Positions 63,901 to 64,000 of a stretch of 64,000 nt of DNA are shown here, piece by piece. The first letter of the stretch is position 1; every line of letters starts with the position of its first letter. This DNA is from Epiperipatus broadwayi (lineage: Eukaryota > Animalia > Onychophora). Under the pieces are notes generated by a model. The model was given only the letters and a program-made list of their open reading frames with translations, searched no databases and was not told the DNA's origin. Both the position numbers and the translations under genes were made by a program. The stretch spans positions 13,764,001 to 13,828,000 of the forward strand of contig JAQFVV010000009.1 in the NCBI GenBank assembly GCA_028023455.1, read 5' to 3'.

Positions 63901-64000
63901 AATAATATAATTATTGTCAGAGAGTCATAATTTTATTTTTGATAAAATAAGGAATAGATTTACTTGTATCTGTCACACACTCCTTAAGAAAATTGTAGAC

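Noticed and set aside
63971-64000. Start of another LTR (TGTCAC...)
   Set aside because: Only 30 nt at the window edge, so it cannot be supported.

Overview
This is AT-rich eukaryotic (invertebrate-like) genomic DNA. The only supportable host gene is the 3' part of a Mn-type cation diffusion facilitator (plant MTP8-11-like). It has three + strand coding exons (630-761, 19889-19972, 44379-44683) joined by phase-1 introns of about 19 and 24 kb, and the ORF track misses it. The rest is mostly mobile DNA: a gag-only Ty3/gypsy element with about 2.65-kb LTRs (2417-10297), a 5'-truncated LINE RT (11003-12662), a 6.2-kb foldback element with 2.9-kb arms, TGTAG...CTACA ends and a TTAC target duplication (22450-28688), a decayed Buster hAT (36216-38729), a hAT MITE (41172-41517) and decayed RTE LINEs. 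The main hidden signal is three unrelated sets of minimal type I hammerhead ribozyme (HHR) motifs. One is a 450-bp repeat family whose four loci all show a tail-to-head junction plus a foldback. One is a palindrome carrying an apparent A3-U8 core variant (42103-42143). One is a solitary motif with an intact core (52162-52218). All ribozyme calls are structural predictions made by eye. The GC-rich block near 59.8-60.9 kb is probably a sequencing or assembly artefact, and most short ORFs in the track look spurious.
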